A stretch of 64,000 nt of DNA from Octopus vulgaris (taxonomy: Eukaryota), in NCBI GenBank assembly GCA_951406725.2, contig OX597815.1:171058001-171122000 (forward strand). The letters are read 5' to 3'. Each line of letters starts with the position of its first letter. Within the stretch, counting starts at the first letter, position 1. The translations under genes were made by a program, and so were the position numbers. The notes below the pieces were generated by a model. That model did not search any database and was not told the DNA's origin. It worked only from the letters and a program-made list of their open reading frames with translations. Positions 39,602 through 53,276 of the stretch are shown here, one piece after another.

Positions 39602-39985
39602 CCTATATATATAAAGCTGAAGTTGTCTGTATATAGCAGGTTTGGTAGCCTTCAACTAACACTATCTCATCCGAGACCCTGCGGCGCAAGTTGACCAAAA
39701 TTGAGAGTATGATAGAAGGCTTGCTCTTCCATCCGTAGAAGGGACCATGTTAAGACCATGTTAAGACCAAAAATTATTTACATCAAAAAGGTGCTTTTTT
39801 TCTTTGAAAATCCCTATTTTTTACGACATTTTTACTGCGATGTCGCCATTTTGCGGTGTATTTCAACCAGAAAAATGTTCACTTAAAGAGAATAACAAGC
39901 TACATAATGCAAAATTTTTACTTTTCAAAAATTCCAATTCTAAAGGGTCGAAACAAACCCGAGCAATGCCGGGCGATACTGGTAG
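39602..39985 (+). mobile_element. non-autonomous Helitron (384 bp), second family
   Basis: A|CCTATATATATAAAGCTG (TC mutated to CC) ... AAACCCGAGCAATGCCGGGCGATACTGGTAG|T (CTAG mutated to GTAG). Same 3' hairpin as 22100-22482. Confidence 0.82.
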
Positions 39986-42214
39986 TATATGTATAATTTT
40001 GCTCTGCGACTACAAAATTGAGGAACAACGTGATGATTCCGTGGAAAACTCCTTAGCCACACAGATGTGCTGCATTATTCGAGATTTATTTCGAACATAA
40101 TTGTTCAATGTACTTTAACTGATCTCACGTGTTCAGTAACTTAAACCAATAAATTAAAAGAATATAAAAAAATAAAGAAAATTCATAACAACATTGGTCT
40201 GAAACACTTCTTATAATTCAAATGTTATTCACTCAATTTGTGATGCAGTTAATTTCTAGTTTAAAATGTAATTGTTTGAAAGTGGAGGGAAATAGTAATG
40301 GCCATGTACACCTAAAGGTGATACATCACAATTTCGTGCAAAGTGTTTAATTTAACTCGACAATTAATTAAATAAGAATCACTATTATACATTAAAGATT
40401 CTTGTACATAGTCAACTCATGGTTTCAACAACATCAATAAACTCTTTGCCTCTCTTCTGTATTATATTTGATACACAAGACACATTTCCCTGGCATGCAT
40501 GCATCATATATAATTCAGGTTACCGATTTGTTTCAACAACAAAAGTAACATGGAACTTCGGAAAGGAAAGCCTTATATTATTTAGAACAGATGAAACAAA
40601 GATTAAATAAAAATCTGAAAACAAACATGGACGTTTAGGACAAACTTAAATACGTTGAACAAGCAATGGGTTAATACCTTTAAGATGATTTACACTCACG
40701 AGAAAGCTTTAAGTGTTTGTAAGTAAATACACATTTTTTAAGCTAATAAGTCTATTTTTCTACTCCTACCAAGCCGTAGCCATTCATATGTCTACACCAC
40801 TCTTTGCGGCACTATCACTCATTCCTTACAAAATCCAAAAAAAGCAGTTGCCATATAATGAAAGACACCAAGAATAATGGAGAGTCTACGAACTCATCCC
40901 TAGATGACTTTACACGCATATATAAGAGCTCTCCTCACTGTTTCCATCTGGATATACAGGAATAAACAGGAAATTCTAAATACTAGCTGATTGTCGTGTG
41001 TGTGAGCGCACACATGTGTGCAAAATGGCGCTCCATGAAACAAATCCTTCGCAGTTATGACGTTCTGGAATCGATCTCACGTTATGATATCGTGGCAAGT
41101 GTCTGCGGTAAAGGTCGACCATGTCTTGCTGGTGAAATTTAGTAGACAGAAAATGTGGAGGCCTTTCCAACTAGCTGTACATAAAATTCAAAAGGCTAGT
41201 CTCGTTACACACAGTATCAAACTTATTCTACCTGACTATTACATTAAGTATACAAATATCAGTGGCATATCAACAATTTATATTATAAAACACATGAGTA
41301 GCTAGTTTCATCAACCGAACAGCTGGAACAATCTTCAAGAAATCCAATGGAGTATTCATTTCCTTCTCTTGTGTATGCGTGTTTGTGTGTGTGTGTACGT
41401 GTACGTGCGTGCGTGTGTGTGTGTGTGTGTGTGTGCTCGTATATGGATTCGTCTAAGCGTGTGCAGATATACATTTGTTTCAGGGTCGTGCCTCCTAGTT
41501 AAGCAAGGTAGGCAGTGCCTACCTTGAATAAAATAGATCGACAGCAACATTTAGCTTTTATGGCAAAATATGCACGTAATTCAATAAAATTATGAAGGTT
41601 ACTCTGATTATCATGCATAAAATTATGCAAAATATTTTTTTTTCTAGGTTAGGTATGCATAATTCGCCTCTGCTTTTCAATCTCAGTAATTAAGCTACGC
41701 ATAATAATCTTGTAGTACACGTGCTGCGTACATTTCTACAACACCGTTTTCTTTACGTGCTATAAAGAATGAAGTAAATCTGCCTTCAATTCAGTCGGGC
41801 GCCTGTGTTTCGCTTATTTTTGTGTATTTTACTACATAAAGGTCATCAACTGCCTACCCTAAGTAATTACTGACGGCACGTGCTTAATTTGTTTATACTT
41901 GTGCTGAGAAATGTATGTTTCTTAAGTTCGCATATGATTGCGTAAAGAGTTTCAAATATTTCTAAGTCCTTTTTCGAGACAGACGGGAGTGATGCTCATC
42001 AGCGTGGCAATGCTTTTGGGGTTTAAGAGCATTAGGCCTTTCCTTCTCTTCGTTATCCAAGGAAGAGAGAACAGTTCTCCCAACAGAATGTTAACAATAT
42101 AAATTCTAATTTTCTAAGATACTTTAGTGTTTTCTTTTTAGCTTGTGAATATATGATCGTATCGTAGCTTCTGTGCATCTACACTTGTGTGTGTGTGTAA
42201 TATGTATATATATA

Positions 42215-42606
42215 TCCATTCTGGAGACATGCCCTGTTTGGCGAACTCTCCACCGGCCACCGTGTGAGAGGAGCTCCGAGGAAGCGCTACAAAGACTGCC
42301 TCAAGAAGTATCTAACAGCATGTCATATTGACCACCAATGCTGGTCAGACTTGGCTGCAGACCGTGATGTCTGGCGCCACACGATTTGCAACGCAGCCAC
42401 CGAGTTTGAGGAGCAAATAAGAGACGCAAAGACAAGAGATGCAGGAGGAAGGCGCGAGCCGCTTCTGACACCACACTGGATGTTACCTTCATCTGTGGAC
42501 ACCGCTCACGGACCTGCCTTTCCCATATCGGACTTGTCAGTCATAAGCGTGCATGCACGCGACGTTGACAGCCTTCCTGATATCCGTTGGCGAAGCCGAG
42601 CCATGA

Positions 42607-42610
<4 letters not shown>
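42215..42610 (+). mobile_element. RTE-clade LINE 3' end with short 5' inversion
   Basis: ALFGELSTGHRVRGAPRKRYKDCLKK...AADRDVWR, then after a frameshift FICGHRSRTCLSHIGLVSHKRAC (C2H2-like). Short 3' UTR ending CGAAGCCGAGCCATGATGAT. GC-rich relative to flanks; inserted in (TA)n. Confidence 0.92.
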
Positions 42611-42640
<30 letters not shown>

Positions 42641-43929
42641 TTATAGATAATCAAGACATCACAAAGTAAAGTATTATAAGTGAAGCATGAAAAAGAGTGA
42701 AGCTTCAAATTTTGCATATTTCAGTATTATTCTTATTAAATTCCAATCCGACACATGTTTCTGCTGGATATGCGTGTGTGTGTTTTCCCAATGTGTCCCG
42801 AACTGCATATATTTGCTTTAGAAAAATATATTCCAAGAATAAGAATCTCCAATTGTTTAGTTGCATTGAATCTATAGTAGAAATTACGTGGAATTCATTT
42901 TAGATGTTTAATGCTTGTTACAAGCAAGAACATACGAAGGTTACTGCTGTAAACATACACTAAGATTAGAAGATTAGATGTCGAAATTGTCCTTAACCTA
43001 AAATTAGGCTGAAATATTGGCTTGTACGAATCAAGGGCAAATAATTGGCGACTTTCAAACCATTGTTTTCAGAGACTGTGTTTTTAAAGTCACGTGTCAA
43101 TTAGATATCTATTTTGTGTTTGGTTGTGTATCGGTATGATATACTGTAGGTGTAAGTATTGACAGAACGTATGAGTGTGTTTACATCTACGTACGTGTGT
43201 GTGTATGTGTTTGTGTGTGTGTGTGTGTATTTATGCTGTTATGAGAGTTGATATTTATTTACTTGTAATGAGACAGAGGTGTAAATGGACAAATTTGATA
43301 GCTTCAATTATAGGTAGATAATGATTGTTAATGTGGTTTAAAATTTAACTGTAAACTATCTCGATGGTTCTTGAAATTACTAACTGCTTGTATACCTACT
43401 GGAAAAAATATTGTGTTATAGACAAGTAGAGGAAAACTGAGCAACTGGATCTCCATCGTTTACGACGATGAACATTTATTTTTTTCCCTACTCCTAACGT
43501 GAACTTTAGGGTAGCATCAGTGTGAGCTGTAGATTATAAGTAAAAACTATTCGACTGGCTTCTGCAATTTCCGTGTCCATCACAAATATTTGGTGGACCC
43601 GATGCCATAAAGATGATAACACTCGCACAGCTGTCGAAATTTGCATTAAACATAGTACTTTGTGGTGTAAAATAAACTTCATCATTCGATCACGTTGCGG
43701 CAACTTTACAGATCACACACACACGCATAATATTTATGTTTAAATTATGTCTATGTATGTTAGCGTGTGGTCTTTTTTTTTTTACCTTATCTTCAAGGTG
43801 ATGTTATGAAGGCTTGCCTTGCTCTCTTTTTATGATAGACTAGACCAGTATGAATGGTATACAAGCTATTACCGAAATTTAATTTTTTGACTATTGAAAT
43901 TTGACATCAGTTAGATTCTTATTTTATGT

Positions 43930-44420
43930 CTCTGCTGAGAGTACGTTAGGTGTATGCTTATGTTAGCATTGTGCTCTGATATTTGCACTACTTCTCCTCA
44001 TTAATCATCTGTTTTTGAAGAGAATTCTGTGTTCTATATAGGAATTCTCCACTAATGTATTACTATCTAGTCTTATTTTGTGCAGAGTAGTGCACGGCAA
44101 TTTTTCTCTAGGAAAGTGTCGTAATTGTATTATTAATATAACAGTTAGAGTCTTGATGTTTACAACTTCCACTTTGCAACGGAACTTGTAAATAACAACG
44201 GTCTCTATGACCACGGTCGTGGTTTACGTGCTTATATTTTGTTGTTGATAAAAAGGTTTTTAATTTTAGCGATTTTTGTTACACTTTATTAGTGTTTATT
44301 TACCGTTCTCTGTAATGAATATTACATTATTTTGCGAGATTTTGTATATGTACATCTATTTTATATTTAGTATATTTTTAAATCATATAATACACTTTGT
44401 GTTGTGCATTTCTACTACGT
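43930..44420 (-). pseudogene. Penelope-like GIY-YIG endonuclease region relic
   Basis: ATTATATGATTTAAA (44391-44377) reads II*FK for the IIWFN motif. ORF 44005-44214 VIETVVIYKFRCK...HFPREKLPCTTLHK...YIEHRILFK resembles the Penelope VVYK...HxxSF..T.LSK..I.W.IL block. Confidence 0.5.
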
Positions 44421-45169
44421 GGGGTATCCGATGCCTTTGTTGTATATTTCTTCCTATCTTGTTCTATGGCGTCGTCTGTTAGACTTTTAGAGTGGCCGCC
44501 TGGACTAGTAAATATTCTGTGGGTTTTACCACTGACATTACGAATGGGTGGGGATATACCCTGTCTCCATGCAAATATGTGAATTAATTAATGTATTTGA
44601 TGTAAAATGATTTCTGCATGTATTGATTTCTATTTCAACGCTATGTCTTACAAATGAAACCGTTTCAATGTTAGGAGCTATATTATTCTAGGGATACAGT
44701 ACTATTTCATATGTCTCCCATTAATCCCTCTTCATTTCCAGCATGTCGATTATGATGAGTATATCGTCGACATACCTAATGCATCACTTGGCATCACTTT
44801 GTTATCTACTGTGGCCAAACAGAAGGCCGATAATATTGGTCGTAAGGGAGAACCCATAGCGTCACCATGAATTTTTTTTAAATATAATTTCATGAATACG
44901 TATATGTGCACGCATGCGCGCGCGCGAGTGTGTGTGTGTGTGTGTGGGTGTGGGTGTGTGCGTGCGAGTGCATGCGTGCGTATTCATGTATATTAATTTA
45001 CGTGTGGAAAGAGATTTTTAAAATGAGTGAAATTTTGAAATTATGCAATAGAGACAAGGCAAAAAATATCAGGGAAGAATGTGAGTGGGGGTCAGAGATA
45101 AAAAGAGAGAAAGAGAGAAAGAGAAAGAGAAGCTGTGTTGATGTATTGCATCAACAGAGGGAGAAAATC

Positions 45170-45345
45170 ACACGTGGTATTTAGTTACGGACCTTAATGC
45201 TCTGATTTCAAATTCCACCAAGGTAAACTTTGCTTTTCATCCTTCCTTAGCCAATAACATAAAGTGCACTACTACTCGAGTATTAGAGCTGATATAATCG
45301 TCCACAACCCTCCCCCAAACGTGAGGCCTTGTGATTATGTTAACG
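45170..45345 (+). mobile_element. old family 1-like SINE
   Basis: GCTCTGATTTCAAATTCCACCAAGGTAAACTTTGCTTTTCATCCTT...GAGGCCTTGTG. Similar decayed copies lie near 46830-47010 (+) and 47680-47790 (-). Confidence 0.6.
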
Positions 45346-48273
45346 ATCGATATTAATATCGCCATCGGCGGCTATTTTGCCCAGTCCAATGGTAAGCTCT
45401 TAGTGGCAAAATAGTATTTAATTCAGTACACTGAGATGCTTCCACTCATCCTGTTTACAAATCCTTTAGTACAACAACTAAGCATTAAAACGTCTGAAAA
45501 AGTTTATGATTAGAAGTTGCCGCCTTAATATTTTAATGTGGTGCGAAAGTAAATTCTGTCTGATATGATCTAAACGGAATTTGACATGTGAAATACCAAA
45601 CAAAGTAGTTGTCTAGCCGCCTGAGATAAATTACAGTAGATAATATTCTGCCATTGCAGTGCTCGTTTGTTTTCGTTGTTGATTTGGTTCGACACAGTTT
45701 AAAATAATATTTAGAACGTTTGCTTTGTTTACATGCTTCTTCGGTTTCGTGTTATATCTTGAATAATAAGGGCGGTAAATATAAGTCCAACTTCATCAAG
45801 AAACACATGTTAACCAAGGTTAATATACTAGCAATCACTATACCGTTTAAATGTAACACCCTGTAACATTTAGTTTATCGCAAACATTGAATGAATGACG
45901 GTGTTGTTTGTTTTATCGCTGCAAAATATATGATTGGACAGACATAGCAATAGACAGATTTATAGATCGACAAATAGATATAGATATAAATACACACAAA
46001 AAGATCAACATACACATACGCAAACAAACATAGAAACGTGAGTACATACATCACACATACATTCCTAGGTACATACATTCTTGTGTATGTGCAAGTAAAA
46101 CGCCACAAATGTATAAAGGTAGGGAGATATTAGGTAGGTAGGTAGGTAAGTATATATGTTGGTATGTAGGAACGTTTGTAGATAGATAAGTAGGTAATTA
46201 GGATGATGGGTAGGGAGATTGGAAAGGTAGGTAAGTAGAGAGGAAAGCAGAATATAGAAATAAAGATACACATTTGAACGTATAAAATAAGGAAAACAAG
46301 GTTTAAATAAGGTTCAACGCAAAAAACAAAGAATATATATCGTTGCAATATTTCAGTAGTTGAATAAGTTATATTCAATGTTAAACGTACTGTCAACGAC
46401 CGGTATTTTGTTGAACTAATAAAATATCTGTGATATCTGAGATCTAAACACATACAAGTCGGTTTGAATAGCAGCCGGAACCAATATTAAATCAATAGAC
46501 GTTAACAAAAGCAATGCCAACTGATTAGCATTGATAAAAGTCTTCAAATATCCTTTTTATTTGAGTTGGCAAGTCATGTGTGATACTTGAACTGTAACTA
46601 GACCCTGATAAACCTTCAGCCAACAGACCTATGATCAAAGGTAATCCAGTTGTAACCATCCTGCCTTTTGCTTAAAAGATTGGATAATGAAAGTGGGTTA
46701 TCCACGAGGTTAGCAATAATTTCGATTGGCTTTAGAAGTAGAAAAAATGTATTATTAGGTATCTACTGCTTAAAATTACAGAGGAAAAATCTTATTTATA
46801 AACGTAACGATTGTGATAGAAGCATTAGATCATTCGAAAACGTTTAGTAGTTAGTTGTATCTCTTTACTTTCTAAATTGAAGTCCCACCAGTTTTACCTT
46901 TGCCCTACATTCTTTGAGATTTCAATAAAATGAAAACCAGATATACACTGCAAAACTACTTCAATACTCTCTACCCGTCTTCGATAAATCTATAGGATTG
47001 TACCAAGAGAAAGAAATCGATAATATACAGTTCTCAGCTATGCATGTTTACGATTGATTTCATATCCGACCAAGATATAAGTACCTTGATTTTTTTCAGT
47101 GGTCATTAAAACAAGGCGCACTCAAGTACGGATATCGATCTATTCAACTATATTGAAATTCGACTTCCCCCTGAAATTTGTGACTTTGAATCTATGCTAG
47201 AAACTAGCATCAGTGGTACTACTGTGGATCTTGAACAGATATAGACCATTAAATGAATATAGATGTTGACTGGTATAGTGGAAACTATTTTATTAATATA
47301 ACGCAATACATAACAGAGAGGTAAAAATTTTTAAAAAAACGCTTTCTATTAGGCCTTGAAACAAATGTTCCTACTGTAAAGAATTAGAGTAAAAAGTGAT
47401 TCAGGAAGGGGGAATAAAGTAAAACTTTGTTATATATTTAGTTCATCATAAACATTGACTGAATGAAAGAGCTCTATGTTTTTATTTTTGTTTTCTTTTT
47501 ATTTATTACTCTCTCTGTGTTAAAGGATGGCATTAGAATATTCAAAAATGATTGAGCATTTAAATACGTCTCTTTACGTTCCAAGTTCAACTCTCTCAAG
47601 GTTTATCTTTGTTATGATGTTTCCAGCATAATACAATATCACGAATTTCGGAGATGTCGACTTTCAGTGAAAACTAAACTGATTGTAATCGAAGAGGTCG
47701 ACTTCACCGCTTCAATAGTACTTATTTTCACTGACTACTGACCGAAAGTAAACGACAAACGGCACTGGTGCCTACATCGGATTTGAAATCAAAAGTAAAA
47801 ATCAAAAACAAGAATGTAATCCTATCCAAACCCTCAAAAAAATGGAAAGATTTTCTGAATATTGTAGCGAATATTATTGGAACATTTCACCGCTATAAAT
47901 CATACATTTTAATTATTTTTCATTCATTTTTTTTTTATTATTATTATAATACCTTCTTCGCATTGAAGTTCATCATAAGGATTGAAGCAATTGAGAGAAA
48001 TTAATAACTAATTCTTCGTTCATAGCATCAAATCAGAAATCAATGCTGAATTTCTAGTGTAAAAATTGATACATAAATGAAACTACTTCCAACTTTGAAG
48101 CAATGAATTTTCCAATGTTTACAATAGTATTGCTACTCTATAGATATGTTGGGTTTTCTTTTGGTAATGTAGTTGTACCGAGCACACACTACTTACACCT
48201 GCATATATGCAAACACAAACACACATACATACATATACACGCACATATACCCCGCCATATATATGTGTGTGTG

Positions 48274-48328
<55 letters not shown>

Positions 48329-48532
48329 GCATATGTATGTGTGTGTATAGATGTATATATATATATGTATGTATGTATATGTAGAGTTTGACCACCTATA
48401 CAAGTGGTCAAACTCTGCATAAGGAGTAGACAACCGCCATGTATATGTAATAGAATGATACATAGGTGTATATCTATTGTCGGTACATGCTTGATCTTAT
48501 AGGGTAAAATTAGAATAAAACAAGGGTACATA

Positions 48533-48589
<57 letters not shown>

Positions 48590-48759
48590 GTACGTAGGTA
48601 CACATTGGCATAAATACATGAATGGTAGCTCTCACCTCGTAGGCGAGTATCATGTTCCAACTTCAATTGTATTTTATTCTGATTCAAATGTATCTAGGAC
48701 TATATTATTCATGTAATCATTCTTCCTCAAGACGGAAGGAATTGATGATATTAGGAAAT

Positions 48760-49070
48760 AGTTGGCGGATGGTTGTAGCAATCGATCCACTGCATGCAGG
48801 CTCTCTTGCCTTGTGTATCCTACGAGGAAGGGAGTCTGTCTGCGGTTAACATTGATGACTTACTGTAGCTTAAATGATCGCAAAATAGATAAATATTGGC
48901 TTCTGGTGGCTTTTGTGGATTGGATGGTATGCTTTGCTTTTACAGGTGACATAACTGAGGCAGAGAGAAAGTTGTTTCAACATTTATTGAATTACTTTTG
49001 TGGGATGTATATACGGAAAGTGGAGAGGTGCTGTTGCTCCTTACTGTAGCAATCAGAAAAAGTGTTAAAA
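48760..49070 (+). pseudogene. possible L1/Tx1-like LINE C-terminal relic
   Basis: ORF 48762-49049 LLVAFVDWMVC...FQHLLNYF...RKVERCC weakly resembles Tx1 ORF2 tails. No catalytic motif seen. Confidence 0.25.
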
Positions 49071-49734
49071 CTGTCAAAAGAAAATTGTATTTTAATCCCG
49101 TTGTGTTAAGTGCTGTTAACAAAATATATATAAAAAAAAATTTCTTATACACAAGTCACCGATAAGAAGATTTGAAAATTTAAGTATATTGTAAGCCATT
49201 TGAGAATATACTTCTAAAAATACATTTAAAATGAAAAACATAGAGTTAAAAAAAAATGTCACGGTAACAACAATAACATTAACAAAAGCAACACCATCAT
49301 CATCACCACCACTACCACTAACACCATCACCATCATCATCATCATCACCAACAACAATAAAAACTAGATAAACAGCACAATAACACCAACAACTACAACA
49401 CCAACAGCAAGCACATGACTTTTTACAATCACATAAATACAGAACAGGCTGAAAATTTAATCAATATTTGTGAAAATATATTTAGTGTCTGTCTGTAACG
49501 AAATCTTGAAAATGGTACAAAGTGGTGTGTATCGCAGAGGCAATCCCACACTTACAGAGATATATACGCATCGCTACATAAATTCGTGCACATGTACCCC
49601 CCGTTGCTGCTCAAAAACACACGATTTACACGTACACGTACACGTATACCTACACCTACTTCTCACGTGTGGTGAGCAGAAGAAATTTCTTTTGAGTAAA
49701 TCAAAATGACGGAAAACTTCATTTCCGTTCTGTT

Positions 49735-49820
49735 TCTATTTACATTTCTGTCAACATTTGTTTACAGTGATTGTTAGCTGATTGCATTACCTTATCACGG
49801 TAAACAGATGGGCTTATCCA
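49735..49820. promoter_or_regulatory. candidate enhancer: Forkhead and GATA motif cluster
   Basis: TATTTAC 49737, GTCAACA 49750, TGTTTAC 49759, GTAAACA 49800, CTTATC 49791 and 49813, E-box CAGATG 49805, all in non-repetitive sequence. Confidence 0.3.
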
Positions 49821-51049
49821 TATTAAACTTACGATTTTCCTGATGATGATGATGATGATGATGACGATGATGATGATTGCGGTGATGGTGGTGGTGGTGG
49901 TGGTTGTGGTGGAGGGGTTTGGGGTGGCGGCGGTGAATGCTGATCTTTATGTGCGTTAGGTGGCTGTAGTAGTGTTGGTATAGTTGCTGGTGCTGTTGGT
50001 TCTAATGCATGCTAGATTTAGTGGTTTGTAATGATAGTTGTGGTGTTACAGTTGGTGGCGGCGGCGGTGATGGTAGGTAGAGTCGGCGGTGGTGGTTTGG
50101 CTTAGTGGTGGTAGTCGTGGTGTGTGTAGTAGTATGTAATTATGAATGCAGTGTTTTCTGGGGTTTTTTTGTTTGTTTTTTTTGTTTTTTGCAATGTTGC
50201 GATGTCGTTGGGTCCGCGAGTTAACACTGGGGTACCACAGTGGCAGATAAGGAATGCGTGTATCCGTGTATCCTAGTAATGGTTTTGCTTCCTAAGGTGT
50301 TGTGACAGTGTTATTCATTGATTAGCTCTTGAATCAGCCCTTTGTGATAAAAAGGCGCTCCTACCGCGACAATCCCAATAAATTGTACGATGTTTCCTTC
50401 TTTTATTAAGACGCTAACAAATGATTTGTGTGTGTGTGTTTGTGTGTATGTGTGTGTACTCGTGCGTATGTGTGTGCGTGCTTTGTCTGTGTATGTTTGT
50501 GTGTGTGTATGTGCGTGCTGTATATGTGTGTGTGAGAGTGGTTCTGTGTGTGTGTGTGTGTGTGTACTCATGTGTATGTATGTGCGCGCGTACCTTGTCT
50601 GTGTGTGCGTATGTGTACTCGTGCCTGTGTATGTGTGCGCGCGCGTGCTTTGTCTGTGTGTGCGTATTTATGAAGATGATGGTGGCATTGAAAATGCATA
50701 TGTTAGTATGTGTGTGTGGGGGGGGGGGTGGATGTATTTGTATATGTGCTAGTCGTGTTTGTATGCCTATGTGTGTGCACACACATTTGTCTGTGTGCAG
50801 TTGTGTATGTGCACATGCGCTTGTGTGTATGAGTATATGCGCGCATACATTTGTCTGTGTGATCGTGTGCGTGCGCGTGCGCGGGCGCGCACGCGCGTTT
50901 GAAGAATTGTAACTATCAACCGTGCTTAGTATATGTAAATAAATACATGCGCATGCTCGCGCGCGTGAACATACATCTACGCTTTATGAGTGCGAGCATA
51001 TCTGTTTATGTGAGAGAAAGGGTTGGGGAGGCAGATAGAGACATGCAGA

Positions 51050-51258
51050 CTAGGAGAGGCAGACAGGCAGAGAGAGACAGGCAGGCAGGCAGATGGAGAC
51101 AGGCACACAGGCAGACAGAGACAGGCAGAGAGGGACAGACACGCAGGCAGACAGGTAGAGAGAGAGGGGGGTAAGGAAGGCATGAAGAGAGACAGGCAGA
51201 GAGGGACAGACACGCAGGCAGACAGGTAGAGAGAGAGAGAGGGGTAAGGAAGGCATGA

Positions 51259-51296
<38 letters not shown>

Positions 51297-51298
51297 AC
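51050..51298. repeat. AGAC/AGGC-rich repeat with a ~70-bp direct duplication and (AGGC)n
   Basis: GACAGGCAGAGAGGGACAGACACGCAGGCAGACAGGTAGAGAGAGA...GGGGTAAGGAAGGCATGAAG occurs twice (~51120 and ~51191). Confidence 0.9.
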
Positions 51299-51954
51299 AA
51301 CAATAACGAACAACATAGAGAGACAGTAATAATAATAATAATAATAACCTGTAGCCCAACCAAAATTATTGTATCTGAGTGTATTTTGTACGACATACGA
51401 TGTAACAGGTTATCATAGATTTTTAAGCACACTTGCTTTGCTATGCGCTCGTTCGTGTGAGTGTCTCGGTGTGTTCGTGAGCTTGTGGATGAGTGAGTAT
51501 GTATGTGTACAAGCTTGCATGTGTGTGTATGTGTGTGCGCGTTAGAAGTGAATGATAAAGGAAAAACAGAATGTCTTAAGGGCAAAAATGTGCAGACTTC
51601 ATAAGCGCGTGTGCGTGTGTGTGTGCGTGCGCGTATGTTGCGAATTTGTGAATGTGTGTGTGTGTGTGTATTTGATTATTTCTGTGTATGTTGCTTGTGT
51701 TATTGTATGTTGTGTGTATATTGTTAGTCTGTGTTCTCCTGTCTAATATATCTGCATGCAACAACACACCATGTGTATATGAACAAACGAGTGTGTCTGG
51801 ATGCTTGTCTATGTGCATTTGTATGGATGTATATACATATTTACACACACATATATATGTATATATATACACATAATCATTTATATATATGATTATATGT
51901 ATATATAATTATATGTCTATATTTATATGTATGTGTATGAATACATGCGAGAGC

Positions 51955-52008
<54 letters not shown>

Positions 52009-52031
52009 ATATATATATAGATATATATATT

Positions 52032-52095
<64 letters not shown>

Positions 52096-52305
52096 TAAAT
52101 ATTTGTGTATATATATACTTATATATATATATATGTATGCATGTGTGTATTTATGTATGTATGTATGTATGTATGTATGTATGTAGGTAGGTAGGTAGGT
52201 AGGTATATATGTATGTATGTATGTTTGTAGGTAGGTATGTAGGTAGGTATGTCGGTAGGTAGGTAGGTAGGTAGGTAGGTAGGTAGGTAGGTAGGTAGGT
52301 AGGTA
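51955..52305. repeat. compound (TA)n/(GATA)n/(TATG)n/(TAGG)n microsatellite
   Basis: Direct reading. Confidence 0.95.
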
Positions 52306-52622
52306 TATGTGATGTGTGTGGGTGTGCTTTGCGTGTATGATGGTAATACAATGAAACTTGTCTTGGAGATCGAAAGTAAACAAGAACGCCATGTGTGTAT
52401 ACGTTAACACGCCATTATCATCATCATTAAAGCATACAACTCTGGCCTTGTAGGTTCAAATCTTACCTACGGCAAATATTGTTTTCGTTCGGTAGAATGG
52501 GTAGCACGGAATTTGCAAAACCCTAATCAAACTAATTTAAAGACTTGTTTCAATGCTTTTACTGTTGTTGTTGTTGCTAATGACGATAATGATGATGATG
52601 ATGGTGGTGGTAGTGGTGGTAA

Positions 52623-53067
52623 TACTTGTTTCAGTCATTAGACTGCGGTCATACTAGGGTGCCTTGAAGAATTCTAGTCAACCCAGGTACTTTTTTTTCT
52701 TTCTTTCTTTCTTTCTTTTTTTCTTTCTTTCTTTCTTTCTCTGTCTGTCTGTCTGTCTGTCTTGTTTGTCTCTGTCTGTCTGTCTCTCTCTCTCTCCCTC
52801 TTGAAGTCTAGTACTTATTCTATCGAACGTTACGGTGCGTAAACACCAACACCTGATGTCAAGCGGTGGTAGGGGACAATGCAGACACGAAGGCACTCAC
52901 ACACAAACACACACACACGCACACCCACCCACACACCCACAGCCACACAATAAATATATATATAATAATGTATGAAATATACACGGAGTAAAAAACACTA
53001 TGTGGATTTCTTACATGCTAAAAATCGCAGTCATAGCCCAAAAGTACGATAAAATATTATTTCATTA

Positions 53068-53115
<48 letters not shown>

Positions 53116-53276
53116 CGGGTTTCTTTCAGTTTCCGTTTACCAAATCCACTCACAAGGCTCCGGTCGGCCCAAGTCTATAGTAGAAGACACTTGTTCCAGG
53201 TGAGTCGGAGTGGGACTGAACCCGGAACCATGTGCTTGAGAAACAAACTTCTTCCCACATAGTCTCGCCTGCACCT
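52623..53276 (-). mobile_element. family 2 SINE, full length, expanded by internal microsatellites and a ~100-bp insert
   Basis: Head and core at 53276-53112 and tail at 52890-52623 are reverse complements of the 53391 copy. Confidence 0.82.
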
